Assembly (NCBI GenBank): GCA_050944455.1
Contig: JBMNRC010000002.1
Span: 1 to 64,000, forward strand
Direction of reading: 5' to 3'
Origin: Lachnospiraceae bacterium
GTDB taxonomy: Bacteria; Bacillota; Clostridia; Lachnospirales; Lachnospiraceae
DNA: 64,000 bases
In this document: piece after piece, positions 38,994 to 47,551 of the stretch
Numbering within the stretch: position 1 is the stretch's first letter
How the letters are laid out: every line of letters begins with the position of its first letter
The notes under the pieces: generated by a model
What the model was told of the DNA's origin: nothing
The model's input: only the letters and a program-made list of their open reading frames with translations
Databases searched by the model: none
Position numbers and translations under genes: made by a program

Positions 38994-40370
38994 ATGAAAC
39001 ACGGCAAATTATGGATGGGATTTTACGCAGCAGCATTGACTGCCTTTACCATTTACACCCTGATGGATACCTTTACCATCTCCAGGGTATATACAGTAGT
39101 AGAAGCGGAAGCGGCGAGCACTACCGCTGCGGCGACAACAGCGGCAACAACCGCTTCTGATGATTCGGACAGCACCACGACAACGGACAGCACCACGACA
39201 ACGGACAGCACCACGACAACGGACAGCTCCAGCACCACGACGGCGGACAGCACCACGACAACAGACAGTTCCACGACGGCGGACAGCACCACGACAACAG
39301 ACAGTTCCACCACGGCGGACAGCACCACGACAACAGACAGTTCCACCACGACGGACAGCACCGCAACGACGTCTGATTCTCAGAGCGGATACAGCATAAC
39401 AAGCAAGACAACGGCGTCCGGCGATACGGATACCACAACAACAGGCACGGATGAAACCACGACAGCTTCGTCCGACAGCACAGCCGAAATCACGGGCACG
39501 GCAGCAGAGGCTGCGGCAGCCAGTACGGCAAGCACAGCCAGCACCGCCAGTACGACAGATACAACGGCTGCGACAGATACAACAAGCACAGACAGTACGG
39601 GTACGACGGATACGGTCGTGTCCACGCTGTCGGACGCTGAAGTGATTTCCACAGATTCCTACAGCGATGACAACATTTCGATTGTCGTCACGACTTATTA
39701 CTGGAACAGTACGATGATTTACGCGGCGGACATCACCGTATCGTCGCCGGAGTACCTGCAGACGGCTTTTGCGCAGGGCGCGTACGGAAAGAACGTCACG
39801 GCGACAACCTCAACAATCGCTTCTGACGCCGGCGCGATTCTGGCGATCAACGGCGATTACTACGGCGCACAGGAATCGGGTTATGTGATCAGAAACGGCG
39901 TTCTGTACCGCAGCACGTCGGCGGGAGACCAGGAGGATCTGGTTATCTACAGCGACGGAACCTTTGAAATCATCAATGAATCCGATGTGACCGCGGAGGA
40001 ACTTCTCGCCGACGGCGCGCAGCAGGTCCTTTCCTTCGGGCCGGGACTTATCGAAAACGGTGAGATTGCCGTTTCGGTGAATGAGGAAACCGGAAAAGCG
40101 AAAGCGTCCAACCCACGCACCGCGATCGGAATGATTGACACCTGCCACTATGTCATGGTTGTTTCCGACGGCAGGACATCAGAAAGCGCCGGCCTGTCAC
40201 TCTATGAGCTGGCGGAATTCATGCAGTCTCTCGGAGTTCAGACCGCGTATAACCTGGACGGCGGCGGATCCTCCACCATGTACTTCCAGGGAGAAGTAAT
40301 CAACAATCCGACGACTGACGGGCGTACCATCAAGGAGCGCAAGGTCAGCGACATCGTTTATATCGGCTGA
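38994..40370 (+). CDS. phosphodiester glycosidase (NAGPA/DUF2233) family protein with signal-anchor and about 180-aa Thr/Ser/Asp-rich stalk
   Basis: AINGDYY and NLDGGGSSTM signatures; N-terminal TM; stalk of DSTTTT repeats. Confidence 0.75.
   Translation: MKHGKLWMGFYAAALTAFTIYTLMDTFTISRVYTVVEAEAASTTAAATTAATTASDDSDSTTTTDSTTTTDSTTTTDSSSTTTADSTTTTDSSTTADSTTTTDSSTTADSTTTTDSSTTTDSTATTSDSQSGYSITSKTTASGDTDTTTTGTDETTTASSDSTAEITGTAAEAAAASTASTASTASTTDTTAATDTTSTDSTGTTDTVVSTLSDAEVISTDSYSDDNISIVVTTYYWNSTMIYAADITVSSPEYLQTAFAQGAYGKNVTATTSTIASDAGAILAINGDYYGAQESGYVIRNGVLYRSTSAGDQEDLVIYSDGTFEIINESDVTAEELLADGAQQVLSFGPGLIENGEIAVSVNEETGKAKASNPRTAIGMIDTCHYVMVVSDGRTSESAGLSLYELAEFMQSLGVQTAYNLDGGGSSTMYFQGEVINNPTTDGRTIKERKVSDIVYIG
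39165..39372 (+). repeat. about 11 tandem copies of an 18-bp coding unit ACGACAACGGACAGCACC (DSTTTT)
   Basis: visible periodicity in lines 39165-39372 with GGC/AGT variants; spawns spurious ORFs on both strands. Confidence 0.85.
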
Positions 40371-40432
40371 TTAGCCGGACTGGCTGCGGCGGCAGCCGGC
40401 AGGCCGCCGGGCGGAATTCGGGCCCGGCTGAG

Positions 40433-40987
40433 ATGCGGACAGCGCCGCAGCGGTTTCATGGAGAGTTTATGATGATGGAAAATCAGATGACTACGGATGA
40501 CAGAATCCGGAGAGCACAGATGAATACACGGCAGGATGGCGGACAATATACGGACGGAACCAGATCCGGAAAAGCAGCAGCTGCAGCGGCAGTGACGCGC
40601 CGGGACCTGGCGCATACGGGATTCGTGTACTTTTACATTTCCCTGTTTGTCCTGCTGTTCGGGGTCGTTTACGAATATTTCAGCTACGGCGTTTATTCCA
40701 ACTTTATGCTGTACGCCTTCGCGTTCCCGCTGGTCGGCGGAGCGCTCGTTTTCCTGCGGATGGCGTACAGCAGAAAGATCAGGATCCCGAACCAGACCGC
40801 GCAGAACCTGTATCACTGTTCGCTTGCGGCCTGGACTGTGGGAAGCCTGCTCCAGGGAATCCTGGATATCTACGGCACGACGAACAGGCTGATCAGGGTG
40901 TACTGGATCACCGGAGCGATTCTGCTGGCCGCGGCTCTGGTCAGCTATCTTTTCTCCGGCAGGGCAGGAAACAAAAGCCATCAATAA
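40433..40987 (+). CDS. hypothetical 4-TM membrane protein
   Basis: 184-aa ORF; four hydrophobic segments; start may be the MMMEN ATGs at 40469. Confidence 0.45.
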   Translation: MRTAPQRFHGEFMMMENQMTTDDRIRRAQMNTRQDGGQYTDGTRSGKAAAAAAVTRRDLAHTGFVYFYISLFVLLFGVVYEYFSYGVYSNFMLYAFAFPLVGGALVFLRMAYSRKIRIPNQTAQNLYHCSLAAWTVGSLLQGILDIYGTTNRLIRVYWITGAILLAAALVSYLFSGRAGNKSHQ

Positions 40988-41154
40988 GGAATAAGGCGGC
41001 GGAGAGCCGCGGCAGGCGGATGGATTCCGCGCTGCGGCAGATCAGGAGACAGCAAATCGGCTGCGGACGCAGCCGGGAAGACATCAGGACATCGCGGGAG
41101 CCGCTGAAAACGGCCCTCTGCACATGAAAAAGAAATTAAGGAAGGAAAAAATCC

Positions 41155-42528
41155 ATGAAGATAAATCAGTTTGAGAACCAGGACAGAGACAGCCGGAAGC
41201 AGAACGGAGTGTACCAGGACGGGCAGTCCCGGAAAAGGAAGCGGAAGAAGACAAGAAGATTCCCGCTTCCGGCGGTGATCGCATCGTCGTTTATCCTGGC
41301 GGCGGCCGGCACCGGATACGTGTGGGCGTCCTCATCGGTGGATGAGACTTCCGCCCTTTCCGGGACGGTTCTGTCCGACCTGGCCGGCACAACGGTCAGC
41401 ACTTCTGTCAGCAGCGCCACAGACACGGGGCTTGACACAACCTCCATGTTCTCCGACAGAGACCTGGAGCAGGAGCCGGACACTTCTGACGCCGAGACCA
41501 TCACGGTCCAGGACGATTCGGATATCACGATCACCGAGGAGGGCGTTTACGTGATCACGGGAACCGCCTCCAACTGCACGATACGCGTTGAAGCGGCGGA
41601 TGACGCCAAAGTACAGCTTGTGCTGGACGGAGTGGAGATCACCAATGACAGCTCCCCGGCCATCTACGTTGTTTCCGCCGACAAAGTTTTTGTGACCACG
41701 GCGTCGTCCGGAAATTCCCTGAGCGTCACAGGAACCTTTACCGCGGACGGCGATACCAATACCGACGCGGTGATTTACGCGAAGGATGATATCACCCTCA
41801 ACGGAACCGGCGATCTGACGATCAGCTCGACGGCGAACGCCATCAGCGCGAAGGATGAGCTGGTTGTGACCGGCGGAACCTATGACATCACCTGCACCGA
41901 GGACGCGCTGGAGGCCAACGATTCGATTGCGGTATGCGGCGGAACGTTTGTGATCGATACCGAAAAGGACGGCCTGCACAGCGAGAACAGCGACGATGAC
42001 ACGGTCGGCTGGATTTACATTTCGGACGGCGATTTCACCATCACGGCCGGCGACGACGGCATCCAGGCAACGACAGTCCTGCAGATTGACGGAGGAACGT
42101 TCAATATCTCCGCTGTCGAGGGGCTGGAGGCCACCAGCGTGGAGATCAATGACGGAACAATTGACATCAGCGCTTCGGACGACGGAATCAACGCGTCGCA
42201 GAAGTCGACTGCCTGCTCCATCTGGATCGAGATCAACGGCGGAACCCTTACCATCACGATGGGAAGCGGGGATACCGACGCGGTGGATTCCAACGGAAGC
42301 ATCACCGTCAACGGAGGAACGATCGATATCACGGCGCAGTCCGCTTTTGACTACACGACTTCCGGCACCCTGAACGGCGGGACCGTCACGGTTAACGGGT
42401 CCCAGGTAACCGAGCTGACCGGCGGCTTCGGCAGCATGGGCGGCTTTGGCGGCTTTGACGGCGGAAATGCCGGCGGCAATGGCGGTATGGGCGGCGGCTT
42501 CGGCGGCCGCGGCAATGGAGGTTTCTGA
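41155..42528 (+). CDS. membrane-anchored Cthe_2159-like (PF14262) beta-helix protein with Gly-rich C-terminus
   Basis: AAGGAAGG RBS; basic cytoplasmic N-terminus + TM; repeated GGTxxI / NGGT motifs; GGFGSMGGFGGFDGGNAGGNGGMGGGFGGRGNGGF tail. Confidence 0.6.
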   Translation: MKINQFENQDRDSRKQNGVYQDGQSRKRKRKKTRRFPLPAVIASSFILAAAGTGYVWASSSVDETSALSGTVLSDLAGTTVSTSVSSATDTGLDTTSMFSDRDLEQEPDTSDAETITVQDDSDITITEEGVYVITGTASNCTIRVEAADDAKVQLVLDGVEITNDSSPAIYVVSADKVFVTTASSGNSLSVTGTFTADGDTNTDAVIYAKDDITLNGTGDLTISSTANAISAKDELVVTGGTYDITCTEDALEANDSIAVCGGTFVIDTEKDGLHSENSDDDTVGWIYISDGDFTITAGDDGIQATTVLQIDGGTFNISAVEGLEATSVEINDGTIDISASDDGINASQKSTACSIWIEINGGTLTITMGSGDTDAVDSNGSITVNGGTIDITAQSAFDYTTSGTLNGGTVTVNGSQVTELTGGFGSMGGFGGFDGGNAGGNGGMGGGFGGRGNGGF

Positions 42529-43433
42529 TGCTGAGAGAAGCTGCTGACGGCTTCTGCATGGCGCTTGCGGACAGCGTTCCGGGAGTTTCCGGCGGAACCG
42601 TTGCGTTTATCATGGGGTTTTATGATCAGTTCATCGGATCGATCCATGATATTGTCTTTGGGAGGAAAAACGAAAAACTGCGCGGAGTCAAATATCTGCT
42701 GAAGCTCGGCGTCGGCTGGATCATCGGGATGGGACTGGCTGTCATCGCCCTGAACGCGTTTTTCGAGAAAAATATCTACATGATCACGTCCCTGTTCATC
42801 GGATTCATTATCGGGTCCATCCCAGTGGTGTGCATGGACGAGGCGGATTCCATCCGGCAGTGGAAGAAGGGTTTCCTGTTTCTGCCGGCCGGCGCCGCTC
42901 TTGTAGCCGGGGTAACGGCCCTGGCTTCGCGGAACACCGAAGCGTTTCTGAATCTGGCGGATTTCACGCCGGTTCTTGCGATCGAACTGTTCCTGATCGG
43001 TATGCTGGCGATCAGCGCGATGATCCTTCCGGGAATCTCCGGATCGACGATCCTGCTGGTTTTCGGAGCCTACGTCCCGGTCATGAGCGCGCTGAAGGAA
43101 CTGATGAATATGAATTTTGCGTATCTTCCGCCCGTACTTGCCTATGTGCTCGGGCTGGCGGCCGGCGCGGCCAGCATTGTCAGGCTGATCCGGCTGTCGC
43201 TGGAAAAATACAGAGCGCAGATGATCTATCTCATTCTGGGAATGATGATCGGCTCGATTTATTCCGCGGCCATGGGCCCGACAACGCTGGATGTTCCGCG
43301 CGCTGCCCTGAGCCTTTCGACCCTGAATATCCCGGCATTCATTGCCGGCGCGGCAATTGTCATCGGAATGCAGGCAGTGAGAGTGTACCGGATGAGGCAG
43401 GCAGGGAGGAACACCGAGCCTGCGGCCCGGTAA
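42528..43433 (+). CDS. DUF368 domain membrane protein (undecaprenyl-phosphate translocase PopT family)
   Basis: duplicated PG(V/I)S(G/R)SG motifs; start codon overlaps stop of the upstream gene (TGATG). Confidence 0.8.
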   Translation: MLREAADGFCMALADSVPGVSGGTVAFIMGFYDQFIGSIHDIVFGRKNEKLRGVKYLLKLGVGWIIGMGLAVIALNAFFEKNIYMITSLFIGFIIGSIPVVCMDEADSIRQWKKGFLFLPAGAALVAGVTALASRNTEAFLNLADFTPVLAIELFLIGMLAISAMILPGISGSTILLVFGAYVPVMSALKELMNMNFAYLPPVLAYVLGLAAGAASIVRLIRLSLEKYRAQMIYLILGMMIGSIYSAAMGPTTLDVPRAALSLSTLNIPAFIAGAAIVIGMQAVRVYRMRQAGRNTEPAAR

Positions 43434-43473
43434 GCTGCGATTTCCGTCCGGCGGGAAGGGTTTCCAAAGCCGG

Positions 43474-43525
43474 CCTGTCCGGCAGGAGGCTTTTCTGGAC
43501 AGCCTGCCGGACAGCAGTCAGGAAA
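43474..43525 (+). terminator. hairpin (12-bp perfect stem) after DUF368 gene, weak U-tract
   Basis: CTGTCCGGCAGG ...16 nt... CCTGCCGGACAG then GCAGTCAGGAAATATTTTCAG. Confidence 0.4.
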
Positions 43526-43593
43526 TATTTTCAGCGCCGGCTGACAATGGAAAACGGGCACTGAATATAGAATAAACGTGAAAAATCCATGGT

Positions 43594-44979
43594 GTGGTCT
43601 CTGGGCAGAATGTTATCACCACTGATACATCTGCGAATGAAACCGCGGCCATGGATTTTTCTTATGATTACAGATTTCGCGCGCACAGAGGCAGGCCTGA
43701 CCGCCCCAGGCGCAGCCGCCTTGTGCAGAATTGTCAATCATGCGGGCATTTCCGTGTGCGGGAGGGACCGGCGTCCGGACTCCTGCGCCGCGGGAATACA
43801 AGACAGGCCCATGCCGCCCAGTGGATCCGCCATGGGATCCAGCTGGCCGCTTTCATCCTGTACCCGGGATTGTTCATTTCTGTTTTCGGCGCGATCCGGG
43901 ACGTGATCGTGTCCATCGCAAACGGGAATTTCTCGCTGCAGGCGGAAGGCACGCAGATTCTGATTCTCATTGCCGTACTGCCGGTCACGATTCTCTGGGG
44001 CCGGTTCTTCTGCGGGTATCTCTGCTCTTTCGGCGCGATGGGAGATCTGGTGCATTTCATTTCGTCCAGGCTTCATATCCGCCAGCTTCGGGTGCCTGAC
44101 AAGGCCGAAAAAATCCTGAACAAAATCAAGTATGCCGTTTTTCTTCTGATTCTTGTCTTCGTCTGGATCCCCGGGACACAGACCGATTCCTCGCTCAGCC
44201 CCTGGACGGCCTTCGGTATGCTTGCGACGCTGAATTTCGAAAAGATCTTTACCGTGGGCAGCCTCATTTTGCTTCTCATCATCGCTGGATCCCTTTTTGC
44301 CGAGCGGTTTTTCTGCAGGTATCTCTGCCCGCTCGGGGCGGTACTCAGCCTGATTTCCGCCGGCAGGCTGTTTAAGATCCGCCGGCGGCCTTCCGCCTGT
44401 GTGAACTGCGGGAAATGCCATCGGGAATGCCCGGCCGGCATCCGGGTAGACCTGATGAACCGGGTCGCTTCAGGGGAATGCATTGACTGTATGAAATGCG
44501 CGGACTGCTGCCCGACATCCTGCATTTACGCGAATCCTGCCCCTGCAGCGGCGGGTACGGCCGCCGCACTGTCAATGATGGGGCTTGTCTTCGCAGGAAG
44601 AGCTGTATCCGGCCCGCTGACGGGCGGTTCCGCGGCAGTTGCCGCCTCCGCTGATGAAGGAAAGTATACCGACGGCGTATATACAGGAAGCGGCCAGGGA
44701 TACCGCGGCACCACCACCGTCGAGGTGACGGTTCCCGGCGGTTATATCACGGATATCACGGTAGTTTCGTATGAGGATGACGATGAATTTTTCAACAAGG
44801 CGAAGAGTACAATCCTGAATGAGATCCTCTCCGCACAGAGCATCCAGGTTTCCACCGTCTCAGGCGCAACGTTCTCCAGCAACGGAATTCTGGAAGCGGT
44901 TGCCGATGCGCTGGGAACCGACTGGACTAACCCGAACAGTACCATGTCCTCCGGCGGCGGACACGGCGGGTCCAGGTAA
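43594..44979 (+). CDS. NapH/MauN-like polyferredoxin membrane protein fused to a C-terminal FMN-binding (FMN_bind) domain; start codon uncertain
   Basis: CGYLCSFGAMGD and CRYLCPLGAVLS motifs, CVNCGKCHRECP and CIDCMKCADCCP clusters, then YTDGVYTGSGQGYRGTTTVEVTV...SIQVSTVSGATFSS; no RBS at 43594; GTG 43756 is an alternative. Confidence 0.7.
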   Translation: MVSGQNVITTDTSANETAAMDFSYDYRFRAHRGRPDRPRRSRLVQNCQSCGHFRVREGPASGLLRRGNTRQAHAAQWIRHGIQLAAFILYPGLFISVFGAIRDVIVSIANGNFSLQAEGTQILILIAVLPVTILWGRFFCGYLCSFGAMGDLVHFISSRLHIRQLRVPDKAEKILNKIKYAVFLLILVFVWIPGTQTDSSLSPWTAFGMLATLNFEKIFTVGSLILLLIIAGSLFAERFFCRYLCPLGAVLSLISAGRLFKIRRRPSACVNCGKCHRECPAGIRVDLMNRVASGECIDCMKCADCCPTSCIYANPAPAAAGTAAALSMMGLVFAGRAVSGPLTGGSAAVAASADEGKYTDGVYTGSGQGYRGTTTVEVTVPGGYITDITVVSYEDDDEFFNKAKSTILNEILSAQSIQVSTVSGATFSSNGILEAVADALGTDWTNPNSTMSSGGGHGGSR

Positions 44980-45080
44980 GACGGCAGTGCCGTTCCGGAA
45001 AGCCGGCAGGACAGGACTTCAGAGCCGGACCCGGCGATCGGAAATCATTCCTGCAGACGCCGGTGAACTGGCATTGAAAA

Positions 45081-45130
45081 GGGCCGTGTGCGGCAGATTT
45101 CATAACCTGCCGCACACGGCCCCTGTTTTC
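45081..45130. terminator. bidirectional rho-independent terminator between convergent genes
   Basis: GGGCCGTGTGCGGCAG 10-nt loop CTGCCGCACACGGCCC (16-bp stem), AAAA upstream and TGTTTT downstream. Confidence 0.85.
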
Positions 45131-45153
45131 GCGTTATCCCGCTTTTTATACTG

Positions 45154-45414
45154 TTACACTGTGGAATCCGCCCAGGTGAGCCCGAAGAAAGCTTCCATCA
45201 TCTTGCGGATCTCGTTCTTCATGCCGGCGCACGCGGAAGCTTCGTCGGAATAGTGGAGAGTGCCGACCCGCTTCTTGTCGTCGTTGAAGTATACGTCCCA
45301 GCCGCTGCCGTCTTTTTCCATGCAGATGCGATTTTTGCGGGAGCCGCCGATCTTGTAGAATTTTTCAGGTACCAGATGCTGCTTGAAGTATTCAGATAAT
45401 TCTTTTGTAGTCAT
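45154..45414 (-). CDS. hypothetical small cytoplasmic protein (86 aa)
   Basis: AGGGAGG RBS; MTTKELSEYFKQHLVPEKFYKIGGSRKNRICMEKDGSGWDVYFNDDKKRVGTLHY; no family recognised. Confidence 0.5.
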   Translation of the reverse strand: MTTKELSEYFKQHLVPEKFYKIGGSRKNRICMEKDGSGWDVYFNDDKKRVGTLHYSDEASACAGMKNEIRKMMEAFFGLTWADSTV

Positions 45415-45689
45415 TTGCGCTGCCTCCCTGCTTTCAGATTTTTTGATTCAACCGGTTTCCGCTGAAGATCTGCGTGCGGAAACGGATTGATCTCTTTTTG
45501 CGGTTTTAAAAACACCTTCAGGTAGTTTTTAAAACTACATACAGTGTACCACATCCGGGATCAAAGCGCAAGAGCTCCGAAACAGATTTCTTTTTGGCAG
45601 TTCTGCATCGATATTATCGCGCAATCCGCTTTTAGTTAAAAAAATTTAACAAAAATTGCCGGATTGGGCCCTGCCGTCGACCAAAACGG

Positions 45690-45718
45690 TTGACTTTCCT
45701 ATTTGCCGGTTGTAAAAT
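45690..45718 (+). promoter_or_regulatory. sigma-A promoter TTGACT-17-TAAAAT with about 165-nt leader before the radical SAM gene
   Basis: TTGACT 45690-45695, TAAAAT 45713-45718. Confidence 0.55.
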
Positions 45719-45885
45719 ACCGGCAGTTTCCGATGTTTTTGAAACTGAAAGTTTTTGCAGAACGATTGTCTGATACCGCACCTGATTCCAGACAGCTTCA
45801 GCTCCGCTTCGCGCTCAGATGCCGCTCCGGATCTGCGGACTGAAATGGGACCGGTCATGATAATCGGCTGCCGGGGAGGTTAGAT

Positions 45886-47361
45886 ATGGGTTTCTTAGAT
45901 GGCATTAAAACCAACGCAATGGCAACTGTAGTCAACGCGGCGCTGAGTTATCTGGAGAAGGATCCGGAGACCAACATTCCGAAACTGATCGATCTGGTGG
46001 ACAAGTATTCCCCGGATGGATGGTACGAAACACAGCGCGCTTACATGCGTAAATTCCTGGTGGAAGAAAAAGGCAACTGGTGGGATCTGGCACTGAAGTT
46101 CTATGACCTGGACCCTGGCGTGCGCAAGTCTTTCTTCCGCAATTTCATCACCAACGCCAGCCTGAAGGGCACTTCCAAGCAGAATGAAACGGTAAAGAAG
46201 TACAACTGCAACGCGCCGTGGGCAATCCTGATGGATCCGACTTCCGCCTGCAACCTGCACTGCACCGGCTGCTGGGCAGCCCAGTACGGAAACCGCCTCA
46301 ACCTGTCCTATGAGGACATGGATTCCATCATTAAGCAGGCAAACAAGCTCGGCTGCTATATGTTCATCTACACCGGCGGAGAGCCCACCGTCCGCAAGGA
46401 TGATATCTTTAAGCTCTGCGAGGCTCATCCGGATTCCGAGTTCCTGGCGTTCACCAACGGAACCCTCATTGATGAGAAATTCTGCGAGAATATGCTTCGC
46501 GTGAAGAACTTCGTGCCGGCTATCTCTGTGGAAGGTTTCGAGGAGACGAACGACGCGCGCCGCGGCCAGGGTGTTTACGAGAAGGTTATGCGCGCGATGG
46601 ACCTGCTGCATGAGAATCACCTTCCGTTCGGCATTTCCGTGTGCTACACCAGAGCAAACATGGAGACCGTCACAAGCGACAAGTTCCTTGACTGGATCTG
46701 CGACAAGGGCGCTCTGTTCGCTTGGTATTTCCACTTTATGCCGGTAGGCAAGTCCGCAAATGTCGACCTGATGCCGACTCCGGAACAGAGAAAAGAGATG
46801 GTCGAGCGCTTCAAGCACTTCCGCGCGACGAAACCGATCTTCACTCTTGACTTCCAGAACGACGGCATGCACGTCGGCGGCTGCATCGCCGGAGGACGCC
46901 GCTACATGCACATCAACGCAAAGGGCGACGCCGAGCCGTGCGTGTTCATTCATTACTCCAACGTCAATATTCACGACCACAGCCTGCTTGAGATTCTGCA
47001 GAGCCCGCTGTTCCAGGCTTACCACGATAATCAGCCGTTCAATGAAAACCATTATCGTCCGTGCCCGATGCTGGAGAATCCGGAGAGAATTGCCGAGCTG
47101 GTTCACAAGACCGGCGCTGTGAACACGGATTACCAGGATCAGGAGCCGGTGGATGACCTGGTCGCGAAGACCAAGCCGTACGCGGAAACCTGGAAGCCGG
47201 TCGCAGACCAGCTCTGGGCAGAGTACAAGCCGGAGTGGGGCGAAGCGCACAAGGAAGAAGTCGCGGCCGAGAAAGAGGCGGCCGAGAAGGCTCTGGAGCG
47301 CAGACCGGATGATCCGACCCTGTACCACGAAACCGCGGAAGACAGCGGAGTCAACGCCTGA
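45886..47361 (+). CDS. radical SAM enzyme with about 110-aa N-terminal extension and C-terminal twitch/SPASM-like auxiliary cluster motif
   Basis: CNLHCTGCW (CX3CX2C), GGE motif YTGGEPT, GGCIAGGRRYMHINAKGDAEPC resembling the SPASM/twitch consensus; substrate unknown. Confidence 0.7.
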   Translation: MGFLDGIKTNAMATVVNAALSYLEKDPETNIPKLIDLVDKYSPDGWYETQRAYMRKFLVEEKGNWWDLALKFYDLDPGVRKSFFRNFITNASLKGTSKQNETVKKYNCNAPWAILMDPTSACNLHCTGCWAAQYGNRLNLSYEDMDSIIKQANKLGCYMFIYTGGEPTVRKDDIFKLCEAHPDSEFLAFTNGTLIDEKFCENMLRVKNFVPAISVEGFEETNDARRGQGVYEKVMRAMDLLHENHLPFGISVCYTRANMETVTSDKFLDWICDKGALFAWYFHFMPVGKSANVDLMPTPEQRKEMVERFKHFRATKPIFTLDFQNDGMHVGGCIAGGRRYMHINAKGDAEPCVFIHYSNVNIHDHSLLEILQSPLFQAYHDNQPFNENHYRPCPMLENPERIAELVHKTGAVNTDYQDQEPVDDLVAKTKPYAETWKPVADQLWAEYKPEWGEAHKEEVAAEKEAAEKALERRPDDPTLYHETAEDSGVNA

Positions 47362-47551
47362 CTGCCGCAGCCGGAACGGCGGATACCTGAGAAATGGAAA
47401 AAATAACAGACAGGCCCGCGCGGGTTAAACCGCGCGGGCCTGTTTTCAGCTGAACGCGTGCCGCGTACCGGCATGAGCCGCGTACCGCCGCCGTCCAGGG
47501 CTGACGAGTTTTCGGGCAGCTTCGGGCGGGCAGTTCTGCCCGCCGGAGCGC

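Noticed and set aside
39053-39652. Several ORFs on both strands inside the NAGPA stalk (39053..39361, 39121..39441, 39160..39399, 39380..39652)
   Set aside because: Generated by the 18-bp tandem repeat, which is open in all frames. Only the DSTTTT frame is continuous with flanking conserved domains.
45895-47328. 477-aa minus-strand ORF opposite the radical SAM gene
   Set aside because: No motifs. The radical SAM CX3CX2C and GGE motifs are on the plus strand with a promoter and RBS.
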